Positions 48,701-62,699 of a stretch of DNA of 64,000 nt are shown piece by piece; position 1 is the first letter of the stretch, and the number at the start of each line of letters is the position of its first letter. A model generated the notes under the pieces. It was not told the origin of the DNA. It was given only the letters and a program-made list of their open reading frames with translations, and searched no databases. This DNA is from Raillietiella orientalis (taxonomy: Eukaryota): positions 124,001 to 188,000 of the forward strand of contig JAYWIR010000011.1 of assembly GCA_036172245.1 (NCBI GenBank), in the 5' to 3' direction. Position numbers and translations under genes: made by a program.

Positions 48701-51700
48701 GCAGGAAGCGGACGAGGGTGCCTTCCGCTCCCTTCCTTTCCGTTTCCGCGTTTCTCGGGTCTCCTCCTTCGAGGGCTCGGTCGCCTTTCGCTTGGCCTTC
48801 CGCGGAGGGCTTCGCATGCGTTCGGATGGAACGAACTCTGAACTCTGGAGCCGGAGTGACTCCGCCGCTGCAGCATCACTCCAAGACGTGCGTCGTTCTC
48901 CCCCTTTGTTGTCCGCCATGTTGCCCGGGCCCCCGCGTCATTCCCCGCAGCACGCCTTCGGGGCAGAGCAGCGTGATGGTGGCGGCCTCCGCGTTCTCTT
49001 CCCCGCACGGAGGTCGCAATTTGCCTTCCTCTTGCAGGGAAGCTGAAGACGGCGAGCGAGATGAACACATGGAGAGACTGCATCTTCCCATCTTCGAAAG
49101 AAATGCACGGGCACGCGAAGGGAGAGAGGGAGAGAGAGGGGGGGGGGGGAGGGAGAGCGAGAACGCATGCTGCAAAAAGGCAGGACTGGCAGTGCGGCCC
49201 TCGGAGTGTGGCCGAAAAAGGGAAGATGCGCGTGCCAACAACCCTTTTGTCGTGTTATGCTTTTGTGTGTTGTGTGTGTACGTGTCTCTCTGAAAATGCA
49301 CGCTCATTTCCGCTGGACACTTTCCTTTCATCGCTGGAACGAGGGGTTCCAGGAGTCTCCCTTTAATTTTTTCCATGCTTTTCGTTGTTGCCGTTTAAAG
49401 AAACCTTCGCTGCCTCCGAATCCGCGCGTGTCCTCAAGGCGTGTGCACGTGAGCCTGTGCCTCGGGGGGGAGGGGGGTGCGTCCCAAGTCTTGCCTGTGT
49501 GCATCCAGGTTTCCTCAGCTGCGAATGCACACCCCGCGGGATTCGAGAGGTTCCGGGATCAGGGAGGATCCCGGGTTTCTTCTTGCTTCCGTTTAAGATC
49601 GTTTCGCAGCTTCCAAATGGAAGCGGTGCAGGCGTCGCGCCTCAGCTGTGCGTGTTCGCAGGGCACACAATCGCGCGGCTCTCGCTGCGCATCCCGCGCG
49701 TGCACGCGCCCGCGAGTTCGTGCACGCGCGTTGGATATGAAGATGAACGCAACCGCGTCTCATCCGCTGCAAGCCCGCACACTCCAAGGGATTCGAGGGA
49801 TGCGGTAAGGAGAAGAAGAGGGAAGTGGCACGTGTGTACGCACGTACGTGCAGCCGGGGGGAACTTTGACCCGGAGGACGACGGCTCCAGGATTGCGCGG
49901 GGCAGCGAGGTTTCGGGACGCTCCCGAGGCTGGGATCCCTAGCCTCTTCGTGACAAGAAGCATTTCCAGTTCAGGGAATGCTGCCGCAGAGAACGAGGAG
50001 AAGACGCTCCGGGGGGAGGGGGATGCGGAGATCATCCGGGACCTTCTGGATCAGGAGGCGAGCAGGAGGCCTGCACACCCTGGAGCAGCTGCATTGTGGC
50101 CCAAAAGCGGCGATCCGGAGTAGACGGGAGCAGATCTTTTTCTGGCAGGGAAGGGGGGGGGGAGCATCGGCTCCTGCCTCCTGTGGCGCCGCCCCTGGAT
50201 TTTCCCCGAGGAAATAAAGGAACCTTCCTATTATGCTGGAGCACTGGGTGACGGAACAGCATCCCTGCCTCTTCTCCTTGTGGATCCCACGCACCAGGGT
50301 CCATCCCATTCCAGCTGAAGGGAGAGGCGTGCTCTTGGAATACTTTCCGGTCATTCCGGAAAGGGAAAGTGCTATAACCCAAGAGTCCCTCTAAAGCATC
50401 CCTGTTCCTCCCTCAATCCCAGCCCCCACATTGCAGCAGCTGCCACTACCGACAGCGGCAGGCAAGACAGGAAAGACTCCTGAGGGAACGGCACGGGAGG
50501 CGGCACGGCATTGCTGGAGGTCTCCCCCCTTTCGCGTGGCTGCTGCTCGCCTCGTGCCCGCTGTCTTCCGCGGGCTCTCCGGAAGACTCGCTCTCCGAGC
50601 CGCACCGCCTTCGGAGAGCCGGAAAATCGAGAACGGAGAGGCGAGCCCGTCTCCTCCTCCTCTCCCCAGGACGGCTCACGTCGGCCCGGAGCCGCTGCCT
50701 GGGCTCTTGCGGCCTCTTCAGCTCCATCTGGTGAGCTCTCGTCTGGCCCGGATTCCGCGGCAGCGCCTGCGGGGGGTCGAGGCACTCCTGTGCACGTCCT
50801 CCCCTGCTGACCCAGGTGCGCACGGCAATCGGCCCGGTCCGCGCCGGCGGCAGCGGCGCTCGAGTCGAGTCTGATCTCGGCCTTGCCGCGCTGCTGCTGC
50901 TGCTGACTCACCGAGCGACGCGCAGGTGGCTCTGGGAAGCCGGCGGGCGCGCGCTCCGGGGACTCGTCGGGGGATTTTCCGAGAGCGCGTCGTGGGAAGG
51001 CGCCCGTCTCCGAGGAAGCTCTCCGGCGTTTCCGCCCTCGGGAGCGTCCGCGCTGCCGTCCGGGGAGGCGCAGGGAAGAGGGGAACCCAACCAGCAGGGG
51101 AGCGCGGCAGAGTTGCTGGAGCCTGGAGCGCGGGGAAGAAAGGGGAGGGGGTGGGGCGAACGAGACGCCTCGAGGGAGCGATGTGCGTCCCCGCGGGCGT
51201 CCTCCTGGAGGTTCCAGACCGGGTGGCGGGGGAATGAGAGTGGTCCGCACATCCGTCGCCTCTAAGCGCTCGGAGGGTTCGCGCACGGCCCGGACACGGA
51301 CGCCGTCATGCCGATTATGCAGCCATAGAAACGACCTCGGGAGGAGCTCGGATTAGGCCGCATGCGGGCGTCGCCCCCTCATCTCGGTCCCTTTTGCCCG
51401 GAGGGTCGGAACGAGCGGGATTCTGCTGATCCTCCCTACGTGCGGGCGCATCCGCATCCCACGCGCTGAGAGAGCGGGGAGCGAATGACGCAACAGGGAG
51501 CGGGAGGAGGGGAGGGGACGCCCTGCGCCGGTCCCGCGTGGCAAACGCCGCGCGGTCCCTGAACAGGATCCTGGAGAGAGCCTGAGTCCGGGAGGAGGGG
51601 CGAGGCGCTCTGCGCCGGTCCTGTGGCGGGAGTCGTTCCGGGCGACCGAGTGCGCTCCTGAGAGAGGGGAAGCAAAAGGTCCCCCGTGGCACCTGGACCG

Positions 51701-54594
51701 GAGCTGCCAGATGCGGAGCCGGACTTGGGGGTTTGACCTCGTGAGGGAGGGAGCGCGCGCTTGGCGGAGATTCCGTGCTGTTGCGCCTCGATCCTTCCTC
51801 TGAGGAATCGGGCAAACACAGCGTGCTCGTGCGAGGGGGCCGAATCCGGGAAGGTGGCGCCTCTTCCTCCAGCAGATACCGCACTTTTCGCTGGCGTGCC
51901 TGAAATCCGCGACCACGGCTCCCGACGCTCTTGAGCAGGTCCTTCAGGGGGAGGGTCCTTCCAGGGTCGCGTGGGACGGAGTCCAGCGTCCCTGGCTCGA
52001 CGAGCGCCACCAGACATTCCAGGCGGCCGGAGTGTGAGGTCTCTCGGAGACCGACGGGTATAGCGGGCGAACCGAAAGTCCTTTGCCCTGACAGGTGCCA
52101 CCCCCATGGAGGGGATTTCAGTTGTCGTCAGCGAAGACCCGGAGGGCATTTCGATCCAACGCATGGTCGCTCGTCTCCTTGGGAAACGGGCATCTGCGCT
52201 CTGCTGGCCTCCGAAGACACTCTCACGTCCTTGCGGCGGTGATCCGTCCTCCACAAGCACGAGCGCACGAATGCTTCACGCACGTGCGAAGAGCAGCACA
52301 TGCCCCGGGGCGGTGTCTTCCCCCTTCGCCAGCTGACCCTGGCGCTGCTCAGCGGCACTCGGTCCTGTCTGGCAGCGGGACTCGCCCGTCTTCCGGAAAG
52401 TCCCCCACGAGCCACCGCCTCAGGTGCTGTCGGGTGCCGCGGTCCAGGCATCCTCAGCTTCGTTGTCCGTGGCGTCCGGCGCTCATTCCATCGGCGATGT
52501 TCTCCCGTGCGAGCAGGAAAAAACGGAAAAGAACCGCACCGAGAGCTCAACAGGTGGACGCAAAAAGAGCGGAAGAATGGTGCTCTGCGGATCCCACAGT
52601 TGTTGTGTGCTCTTGCCCCGCAGGGGCGGACCAGGCAAAGAGCGATCGTCCGGAAGCAGCGTGTTCCTCCTGCGCCAACTGGCGTCCTTGCACTCGACAG
52701 TTCCGAGTCCACTTCATTTCCGGGTGCGAGATGAAGGGGGACGTGCGCGCGCGGATCTCTGAAGGCAGGGTCCTTGCGTTCGGAGGAGTCTGGCAGGAGT
52801 AAGAAAAGGGGAGAGCCCTCTGACCGGTTCGAGGCACGCAAGCGCAGCTGAAGGCGGGAAGGAAGGAAGGAAGGAAGGAAGAGGGGGAGGAGGAGGACGA
52901 AAGGGAGGGGAAATGCCACTCAAGCGCGCGAGACCTTCTCCCACTCCCTCGTGCATTGCTCAACGCAGTTTTTTCTTCCTGGGTTCCTCCTTCCCCTCCC
53001 GTGTTCCCATGACGTTCCTCTTCCGAGGGATTCCTTCGCTAGGGGGGAGTCCAGCTGTCTTCATTAGCGACGAGCGCAACCGTTGGAGTAATCGCTGCTC
53101 CCTTTTCCGGGGAGCGCTGGCGCCTTCCAGCGCGGGTCTCTCCCGGAGACGGAGGCGAGCTCGACTTTTTTTCCCGGCGCGCTGCTCGACCTACAGAGCA
53201 CGGCCATCACGATCGGACCGTTCTTTCCGCTCTCCACTCTTGCTGAGACCACCACCGTCGAGTGCTTCCCTCCTGAGAGGGGGAAAAAAAATCCCGGGTC
53301 CATCGGCATAGGAAGGCAGAAAACAACAGCGCCCGCCCCTCCCTTCGAGATGGGGCGGCGGGGTCTTTGGGTGGCATCCGGAGGAACGAGCATCCAGCCT
53401 GGCTGCAACGTCCAGCCGGCGCGATTCATCCCCAGCATCCGTCCGTATCCCTCGCGTTTTGAGTCGAGCGGTGCCCCGAAAGGACGGACGCCCGCTCACC
53501 CAGCCGCAGGGGCGCGCGTCGCCATGGGGGAGGAAGCCCGCGTGATCCGGAAGAGACGGGCGGTGGTGGGGAGCCGCAGCAGCCGGAGCACCGGGCCCGC
53601 TCATGTGGAAGACACGCAACGCTGCTGCTCACCAAGGAGGAAATCCCGCCTTTGCCAACGCGACCGGGTGTCCGCCCACCCACCCTCATCACCGCGCGGG
53701 AGGGGGGTCTTTCGTTCCTCAGCAGGAAGAGCTGCTCCTGTGCATGCCGTAGCTGGGTGCGAATCCCTCCCTTCCCCCCCCCCCCCTCCGAATCACCATC
53801 ATCTTTCGTTCGGTGCGAATCTGTCGCAGGGCCGTACGCAGCCGCGACGTACGGTATCTTCGCGTACAACCATTGCACACATGTACTAGCGTTGCTTTTA
53901 AATATGGAGTGTTTTCTTGTGTTCTAAAAATAATCGCAAAAGTGTTTGCCAGTGCGAGCGTTTTTTTTTTCCTTCTTCTTCTTATTCTTCTACCCTTTTG
54001 CGAAGCTCTTTCACTTATCACGAGAAAGTCACCACGGGAACGCACTGACTGAGGAGGAGAACGGATCCAGCCGTTGCCAATCCATCCCGGGGAGGAAGAG
54101 GAGAAAATCGAAGGGAAGCGTTTACTGCCAACGCATTAGCGTTCAATGAAACGATCCACTGAAACGAAATTCACAGTGGTGTTTTCACTTTAATTTACGT
54201 TCGCTCCGATTTATGTATCTTTTCGACCTTGTTATCGATGGCGATTTCTTTCTTTCTTTTTCCCTTCTCCTCCCGCGTTGCCAAGGAACGCGGGATGATG
54301 CCGAGGCCTACGTACGAAAAAATAAAGCGCAGCTAATGAACCGAACGCTTCTTTCTGGATGGGGCATTTCGTAATTCAATGAAAGTAAGGTAAAAAAAAA
54401 AAAAAAAAAAAAAAAAATGGAATGTTTTTTCTTTTCTTTTTTTCTCTCTTGCTTGCTTTCGATTCCTGCATTGTTTCTTATCTGTACATATTTATCTGTA
54501 TTCTCCGGGTATCTGCATGGTTGGAGTGCGCAAGTCACGCACTTGAGTTGTCCGGAAAAAGAAAGACGCACACGGAAAAAGAGAGATCCATTTC

Positions 54595-54595
<1 letters not shown>

Positions 54596-54625
<30 letters not shown>
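54596..54625 (+). repeat. (CAG)10 microsatellite
   Basis: Read directly from the sequence. Confidence 0.9.
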
Positions 54626-54626
<1 letters not shown>

Positions 54627-55552
54627 TCCTCGGGTGCGCATTTTCGTCCATCGGTGGTAAAAATCGGAGACCCCCGGGTCGCAGCTGACCGATGCGTCTG
54701 GGGGCGCACCTCGGAGGCGGAGAGCTCCTGCAGCTGACCATCCACCGTCGGCAGCAACCGCCTGGCCATCGCTTGGTCTTGGCTTTCCGCTACACCTCGC
54801 CGGGACCCATTACGAAATTACTATCCGTAATGAAGACCGCGACCTGAGCGGTCGCTAATGGCAACGCCTGCGATCGGCGGCTGGAGATTTCCGCGGGTCT
54901 CGGCCCCGCGCAGCGAGTGCGATATAATTCAGTAATGACGGGCCGGCCTGGGCCGCGTTTTGCTACTCGCTCCGGAGGCGGCCCCCCTCCGCGTCCGGAA
55001 TGGTGGCGCGGATGGCGGCGGCGGCGGACATCCTCGGGCCTTTCGAGGAACCGGTCCCGGAAGCGGCTTCCCGGAAATCTTCTCCTCCCGAAAAGTGGGG
55101 GTGTCGTCGTTCGCGGGAAACGAAAAAACACGCGGACTGCCAAGCAGCCTGCCAATGGGAACAAAACACACACACACACACACGAAAAAAAAAAAAAAAA
55201 AAAAAAAAGAGAGAAGGGTTACGTCACTGCTGCGTTTGGGGAGTAACGGCAACGGGGGGAGGGCGACCTCTCTCCTGCATCCTTCCGTCTTCTGCAGCGC
55301 CCGACGATGGCCGACGACACGGCGAAGATTGCCGCGTTGCTGTGGGGCGTGCGAGTCGAACGCCAGGGGCGGGGTGGAAACTTCCCCCGCGCCGGGGTGA
55401 GCGTGGTGATGGAGCCGAAGATAAAGCAGGTCGTCGTCGGGGGGGGGGGAGCGGCCGCCCGCAGCACCCGGAGCGTGCCGCGCGAGCACGGGGAAATTCC
55501 TCCGCCCGGCGCGCACGGCTTTGCAAGGCAAATACGAAAGGCTGCGAAGGGC

Positions 55553-55750
55553 GGGGAGGAGGAGGAGGAGGAGGAGGGGGGGGGAGTGGGCCGAGAGCGG
55601 GTGCGGGAGGGGGAGAGGAGGAGGAGGAGGCGGGGGACTCGTGCGGGAGAGTGAAGTTCGGCGGAGCGGAGGAAATCCAACACTCCGGCGGCGGCGGCGG
55701 CGGCATCACTCGATCGCGCTGCGACCGCGAGTGCTGTGGCGGCGGCGGTG
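55553..55750 (+). repeat. (GGA)n/(GGC)n simple repeats upstream of the integrin start codon
   Basis: Read directly from the sequence; lies in a CpG-rich stretch that is probably the promoter or 5' UTR. Confidence 0.8.
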
Positions 55751-55985
55751 GTGTGCGGTGGTGTGTCGCGTCTTCCGGCAGCAGCGTGCGTGCGAAAAAG
55801 CGAAAGAGGAAAAAAACAAAAACAAAAAAAACAAAAAAAAAAACAAAAAAGGAAAAGAAGGGCGATGACGACGGTGGATGAGATGAAATAAGCAGCGACA
55901 AAGAAGGCACCCAAAAAGGAGATGAGTGTGGGCTTTGTGCAGACGGGCAGTTTTTCGCTTTGAAGTCGTCCTATGCAGCAGTGGC

Positions 55986-56170
55986 ATGGCGGTGGTGGTT
56001 GCTGCTGGCCGTTTGCTCTGCTGCTGGCTCTGGCTGTCACGTGGTGGCGCTGCCGAAGCATTCAACTTGGAGCCCCGCATCCCCGTCGTGAAGGAGGGCG
56101 CGCCCGAATCCTACTTTGGCTTTTCCGTAGCTCTTCACCAAACCCTGCACGGCACCTCCGTCCTCAGCTG
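55986..56170 (+). CDS. Integrin alpha subunit (alphaPS1/mew-like), first coding exon; no later exons recognised in the window
   Basis: Signal peptide MAVVVAAGRLLCCWLWLSRGGAAEA, then mature N-terminus FNLEPRIPVVKEG and the first FG-GAP motif SYFGFSVALH. Phase-2 donor TG|GTGAGA at 56170/56171. Confidence 0.9.
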
Positions 56171-57332
56171 GTGAGACTCCCGGGGGGGCCGGGCGGGCGG
56201 GCGGGAGGTGACGGAGAAGACCAGCAGGCCAGCCCGGGTCGGTTTCGCCCTCCCTCCCGTCTCGATTTCCACGTGCACGTGTTGCGTGGCGGAGGCAGCA
56301 GCTTCCACCGGACCTGTTTTCCGTCTCGTGGGAAACGAAAATTTCTTGTCGCTTAATTGGATGTTAATCACCACAGAGGCTGATGGCAAATTAATTACTT
56401 TTTGCGTGCGCACGCCGGGCCGCTGCGAGCCGCGCGTTACGGGCGGAATTCGCGCGCGAAATGCGCGCTCTTCCCCCCCCCCCCTCTTCTCCCCCTCCCC
56501 CCCCCTGCCCCCGCCCGGGTTCGCCGTGACTTTCGAGTGTCCGCGTGTCCGTGTTTGTGTTCGCACGCCGGTGGGGATCCAGCCGTGATTCCAGTGTGTA
56601 AACACGGGAGGGCATTTTCTGCTTGAGTTCCGTTTGGGGGGGGGGGGGAGAAAGAACGAATCCGCTCGGCGCGCTTCGCGGCGCAGGGAGCCTTCTTCTT
56701 CCCTCCTTTCCTTTCCATCCAGCTTCCAGTGCCAATTGAAAAAAAAAAAAAAAAAAAAAAAGTGTCGGGGCCGTGGGCCACGTTCGATCGGAGGAAGCAG
56801 CGCGTCGACATTCTGAGTCACTCGGAGAAAATGGGGGCACCCCAGCGGCCTCCCTCCCCAAACGGCGTCCATGGAGCCGTTTTTGCCGGGGCAGAAGGAA
56901 TGGAAGCAGAATGCCGGGATGCGATCCCGGCACGTGGTCAGAGCTCCAACCGGGAACACACCTTCTTCTTGTTTGCGGCCCGTCTGCGATCCCACCTTTC
57001 CCCCCTTTTTTCCCTTCTTTTTTCTTTTACGAAAAGGCTGCGTGCTTGCGTGTGCGGTCTGCATCTGTGACCCCGAGGGAGGTGCTCCGTGCTTGGGTCA
57101 TCACGAAATGTGCTGCTGCACACACACTCGGTGCACGTTTGGATGGGGCGGCTCCTGGAGCATCGTTTCCCCGTCACTAGAAGTGTTCTTTTCTTCCGGC
57201 CTTCTACCAGCTCATTCTATTTGCTCGTCCGCCCGCAGGAAGACCGCTCCGCCAGGAAGTTCGCGACCTGCTGTTCCTTCGGGGGGGTGTTTCCAGGGGC
57301 AGTAATGTGGATCGAAAAGCCCATCTCTTTCC

Positions 57333-57369
<37 letters not shown>

Positions 57370-58303
57370 AAAGGCAAGGAAGAAGAAAATTATCAGATCT
57401 GCCTTTTGTCAAGTTTTTATTTGGTTGGCTTTTAACGAGCGTTCTCGTAGAGTTTTTTTTGGTTGTTGTTCGGCACGCCGCTTGCTCTACACGGAAGGGT
57501 GCACCGATCGGTCCCCCCCCCCCCCGACGTGCAACAACTCGCACAAAAGCGCAGTTGGGTGTTTTCCGAAGCTGCTGGAAAGTAGGGATGGGGGGGATGC
57601 ACCAGAATGACGAATACGTAATTATCGCAGATCGTCACACGGATGTAGAATTGTGTGTCCTTCGAAACGGTTGTCGCTTATTTCGAATGGGACATCCTTT
57701 CTGTCTTACGGCTTATTTTACCCTTAGAATATTTCCAAGACCGTGGAAAGTTGGCACCCCTTTTTTCTCTCTCTCTCTCTCTCTCTTTTATTGCACATTT
57801 GGCCGACTGCAAGCGCAGGTATAGGAAACGGATGTGTCCACTCTCATCCCCTGATTGAGATTTTCAACGAAATTTGCAACGCATCGTTTTACGTATGTTT
57901 TTTTTTTTTTTTTTTTTCCCCTCTTTCGATCTTTTCGGTTGTATTGCATGGTCCGTGCGTACCTGTAGAGCTAGGATAAAAGAAGCTCTTCCTCCTCAGC
58001 CAAAAGAGAGTAAAAAAAAAAAAAAAATTAATATTTTGTTGTTATTGGCGTTCTTTGCCTTGGGAAAGCCTTCATTGTTCTTCTGTTTACTGCCATAATC
58101 ATTTTGGCATGCACCGTACATCAACAAGTGCAGCACATTTTATCAGCTCGTGTTTTTTTGCTGAGCGGCTGTGCCTGGCCTTCATCCGTGGCACGAACAT
58201 CCTCTCATCGCGATGTTCTCGTGGTGTTCCCTGTACGTTTTTCTCGTCTGGAATGCACACTGGAAATGTGGGGGGCGAGCATCGTGCAAGAAAGCTGTGA
58301 TCT

Positions 58304-58658
58304 GGTGTTCCCGATCCTCAATGCACGTGCTCGATGAGCATCTGGTACCTCTGCTGTTCGTTGACGTGTCTTACGTGCATCCCACGAAGTAAATTATTCT
58401 ATCTGCAGGGAATAGTGTCGCGGATGGCACTTTGTCACTATGTGTGGCATTCCATTCGTTCTGATTTGTTTCTTTTTATTTTTTTGTCCGGTGTTCCCGA
58501 TCCTCAATGCACGTGCTCGATGAGCATCTGGTACCTCTGCTGTTCGTTGACGTGTCTTACGTGCATCCCACGAAGTAAATTATTCTATCTGCAGGGAATA
58601 GTGTCGCGGATGGCACTTTGTCACTATGTGTGGCATTCCATTCGTTCTGATTTGTTTC
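58304..58658 (+). repeat. Tandem duplication of an identical 169-bp unit (58304-58472 and 58490-58658), period 186
   Basis: Both copies read GGTGTTCCCGATCCTCAATG...CTGATTTGTTTC with no differences seen. Confidence 0.95.
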
Positions 58659-59099
58659 CTTTTTTTTGTTTTTCCTTGATGAAGTTTGAAATATCCTAAA
58701 TTATGTGTCGGAACCATATGGTTGATTTTCACATTTTCTGCGTGTGTGTGTGTGTGTGTGTGTTGTTTCCTGCAGAGGATGTGGATATGTGAATTTATTC
58801 TGCCCTTCTCTGAGCAAACATGCCCGGATTGGTTTTCGTGAAAACAGCAGCTCGGAGACGAGTACATGGATTTGCCGGTAATCTATCATTTATATCACTG
58901 CTACTGTGGGGGGAGGCTGTGAGTGCACACCACCTATATAACACTCACATATGCAGCATTTCCTGATAAGGGGAGCACAGCTCGCGGTTCCGTTGCTGCT
59001 TGGGGACGGGCGAAACGTTAGCAACATGTCGCGGGGCGTTGCCAAGTCACCGAACAAGAAACGTATTTTCCCGAGATGGTACACACACACGAGTGCTAT

Positions 59100-59163
59100 A
59101 CAATTGCTTGGGCGGCAACTGTACCATGATTAATCATGGCGTAGTCGCCGCCCAAGCAATTGT
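59100..59163. repeat. 64-bp near-perfect palindrome
   Basis: Arms ACAATTGCTTGGGCGGCAACTGTACCATGATT and AATCATGGCGTAGTCGCCGCCCAAGCAATTGT; 28 of 32 positions are Watson-Crick complementary. Confidence 0.9.
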
Positions 59164-62100
59164 TCAAGGGTTCAAGTCGCCGTAATCTGTTTTTTAGTCA
59201 TGCCTACGATTGCTGTCCTAATCATAGTAAGCAGTACATCCTACGATTAAGTCGTGTGGATGGAGATGGCCCCAAAATACATACCAACACCCCCGCTAAA
59301 GACGGGTATTTATTTAAATGTGCCCCGGCCGGTGAACACGGTGATGGCGCCTCGACGGTTTCTGCCTTGAATTATCCGTGCGAACCTTTCCAACTCGTGG
59401 ACGGGGAAGGTTATTAATGTATTGCAATCGCAGTACATAAAATAGGCAGGTGGGTGCCGACTTCGTACATGCTTGGTGACTGCGGAGCAATAAATGCTGT
59501 TAAATAAGCTCGGGGACGTACTCGTGTGAAAGGCACACACAGTCCGAACTGCATTTGGTATGCGCAAAAAAAGGAAGAAAAAAAAAAAAAAAAAAAAAAA
59601 AGGAGAGAGAGGGAGAGAGGGAGGGAGGTATGAATCACTGCAGAATTGCGAAAATAGTAAATAGTCCAGGAAGCAATTAGGTTCCATCCGAGATTAAATT
59701 AAAGCAATTCGCTTTCATGCTGCAGCATATAAATCATATGCAGCGATTGGAAGAGGAAAGAAAGAAAGAAAGAAAGAAAAGAAGAAGGGAAAAAAGGCGA
59801 AAATGAAGGATGCCCGCTCGGAGTGTGAGGTTGAAAGAATGTCGCACCGTCGCCGAAGACTGAAAGGGGGGAAAAGCTCGGAGATTTGCACGGGCAAAGT
59901 GAAAATCCGACCGCGAACACGGGGGGTGAGCGCGTGCCTCGATGGCCGCAGGTGAGTCGTGAGGCGCCTGCGAAAGACGTCCGTCCGACGTTCCGCCCTC
60001 GGAGCAGGTCGCTCGAAGAGGTCTGCCAGCGGGGGGTCTCGGGCCACTCGGCGGGTGCGGCGGCGCTCCGGCGGGCGTGGCGGTTGACGCCCGATGGCGC
60101 CCGCTCGCAAGTTTTTGCTCGCAACCGCGAAGAGGACTTTGGCGCCACCGGCCAGAGCAGCAAGGAGGAAGTCCACGGGGTGGGCCGACCCCCGCCGACC
60201 TGTGGCTGGGCCAAGACTGGGTCGTGCTCTGCCGGCGATGGGGGGCCGGGGAGCGGGAGGGGTGGGCGGGTAGGGGAGTTCTGCGGCGATCGCACCGTGC
60301 CGAACGTGGGCGAGGATGGCGAAGAAGCGACGGGGAAAACGCGCGCTTCCTCTCCGATTCGCAGATTGCTGATTCTGTAGGCCGAGGCTTTAAGACTGCG
60401 TGGCTCGAATGGAGAGCTTCTTCCACGAGGTGGGCTTCCGCGAGCGACGAGGCTCGCTTGTCCCAAGAACTTTCGAGAAGCTGCCCTGCTGCTGCAGGAA
60501 TTTCCAGGAGAGAGTCGCAAGAGAGAAGAGAGGCAGAAGTGGGCGTAGGGCGAGTTTGCTCGGAAATGCTTATTGCATTCCAAATCAATTGGGTCGGTGT
60601 AGGTGCAATCTGCCGAGATCTTTCATTGGAATGGTGCCCACGAAGTGTCTCCCCTACGTGTGTATCCGCTGGAATGCGAGCCACAAGGTGCACGGGGAGT
60701 CTTTCACACACCGTCGCGAGGACCTATCGTTGGTGACGCCCCACGTGATTTTCCCGGTCGGATCGAACCCGTCTCTTGGACGTTATCGGAGATGGTCGGC
60801 GGGGTGCTCCTCCCCCGAAGGCCCTGAGATGATCTCACGACTCTCCGGCAGGAACCTATTTTTTCGTGTTTCGCCCCCTCCTTCGCCGGAGGCACTCTTT
60901 GTGGGGTGGGAGGCCTCGGCGCGCGCGAGGAGCCACGGTGCGCACCAGACCTCCAAAGTCCTGACCCCCGGTTGCATGTTCCTGCGGGGCCACGCAGTTC
61001 TCGGACCCTGGACTCGAGAAGAACCGTTGGCGCGTGGGGCCGCTTGCAAGCGCATCGGCTTGGGAGCGACATGGGGGTTCCGTCCCTTTCCGCAAACTAC
61101 CCGGAGGACGACATTCGCTGACCACACCACCCACCCGGGTGGGTAGGCGTTCTCCTGCGTGAAGCACATTTTGCACGCGCGCGCGCTACACCGCCCCCCC
61201 TCGCTCCCCCCTTTCCGAAGCCTTTTTGCATTTCGGCACCCGCGAGCGGATTTCCTGTTTTGCAGGCCCCTCGCTCCATTCTTGGAGCCACAAATGCTCC
61301 TCGCGCGCGTTCTATTAATAGCCGTGCGCGCAACAATGAGCACCTGCGGCAGTGCGGCCAGGTGTGCGGTGGGCCGCCGCCGCCGCCTCGCCTTTTGATT
61401 TTGGGCCTCGCGAATCTCATGTGTGTGTGTGTTTGTGTACACACACTGCGGGCGCTCCTGTGCTTTGCGAAAATATTGGGCTTACACATATATATATATC
61501 CCTCCCCCCCCTTCCCAAAAGAAGCACACACGCACTACCAAAGGAGGGAAAAGCTCGCGTCTCTCCTCCCCCCCCCCCCGCCTCCCCCTTTTCAAGATGA
61601 ATTCGGACGCTATTTCTGTCGGGGAGGAAAACTTTTCTGGCGGCAAAAGAAGAAGATTGCAGCCTCACCGCTGCATCTGGGAGCGTGGCTCGCCTCCACG
61701 GAGGAGTGAACCCCCGGTCGAGGGGAGCTCGGCAGGCACTCTCTCTGCAGGTTCCGAAGGGTCCAGTCGCATCGTGGCAGCAGACCTCCGTCGTCATCGT
61801 CATCGTCATTTTTTTTCCCCTTCTTCTTCGTCGCCTCCGGCTCGCGCTTATTTTTTCCGGCCTTTGTGTGTGTGTGTGTGTTTTAATTCCTCGATCCTCT
61901 CCTGCCTACTTCGCCTCGTTGAGGAAGGAGAGGGAGTAATTTCCACGGGTGGACCCCCGCTGCTCGTTCCTTGAAATCTCTATCATTTTGCGGCGATCAG
62001 AATCGGGATCGGATGTTATCTCTCTGCGTGTTTGTGTTCTGAGACGCGTTTTTCTTTTTTTTTTCTTCGTCTTTTTTTTTTTTTTTTTATTAACGCTGTA

Positions 62101-62699
62101 AACAGGGATGTTCTCGCCACGCCAGCGAATGCGTCCGTCTGGCAGACACTTGAAATGGGAGATTCCCGCCGCCACGTTTCCACGGCGGTACGAACGCTCC
62201 CACGGGGAGCCGCGTTCAAAGAACGGGGGCGACCGTGGGTGCATTCCTCGCTCTCTTCCCGGCAAACCTTGGTCTCCGGCCACCGGCCATTTCGGCGGCC
62301 GCACCTCCTCGTTCCCGCGTTTCCCGGTGTCGGCCCGCGGCGCCACCTGATGGCGAAAATAGGTTCCTCTCTCCCTCGTCCTCCCCCTCCCGTTCCCGAA
62401 CCAAGTCGCCCCGTCGCTCCCGCGTGCGCATCGCGTGAAATTCGTTGCTCACGTTCAAGTCGACGTCGCCTTTCCCCGAGGGTCACGGGCGCGGTGCGTT
62501 ACGCACGATCGAAACGGACGTGGCCATTCCGAACGTTCCGAGAGCGGAGGTGCCACATAGATGGGCTGCTGAAGGCACGCACGCGCACGAACGTGTAACC
62601 ACCACCACCGCCACATTCTGCCCAGGGTGCTGTTGTTGTTGTGCGCGCCTTTTAGGCAACGGTTTGAACAGGTGCCCTTCTTGAATCGCGCGTTTCCGG

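Noticed and set aside
360..56170. Functional clustering of the tetraspanin and the laminin-type integrin
   Set aside because: They are 50 kb apart with unrelated genes between, and nothing in the sequence supports co-regulation.
59160..59417. GYLFKC-containing ORF as integrin exon 2
   Set aside because: It lacks the expected LLVGAP motif and a phase-compatible acceptor.
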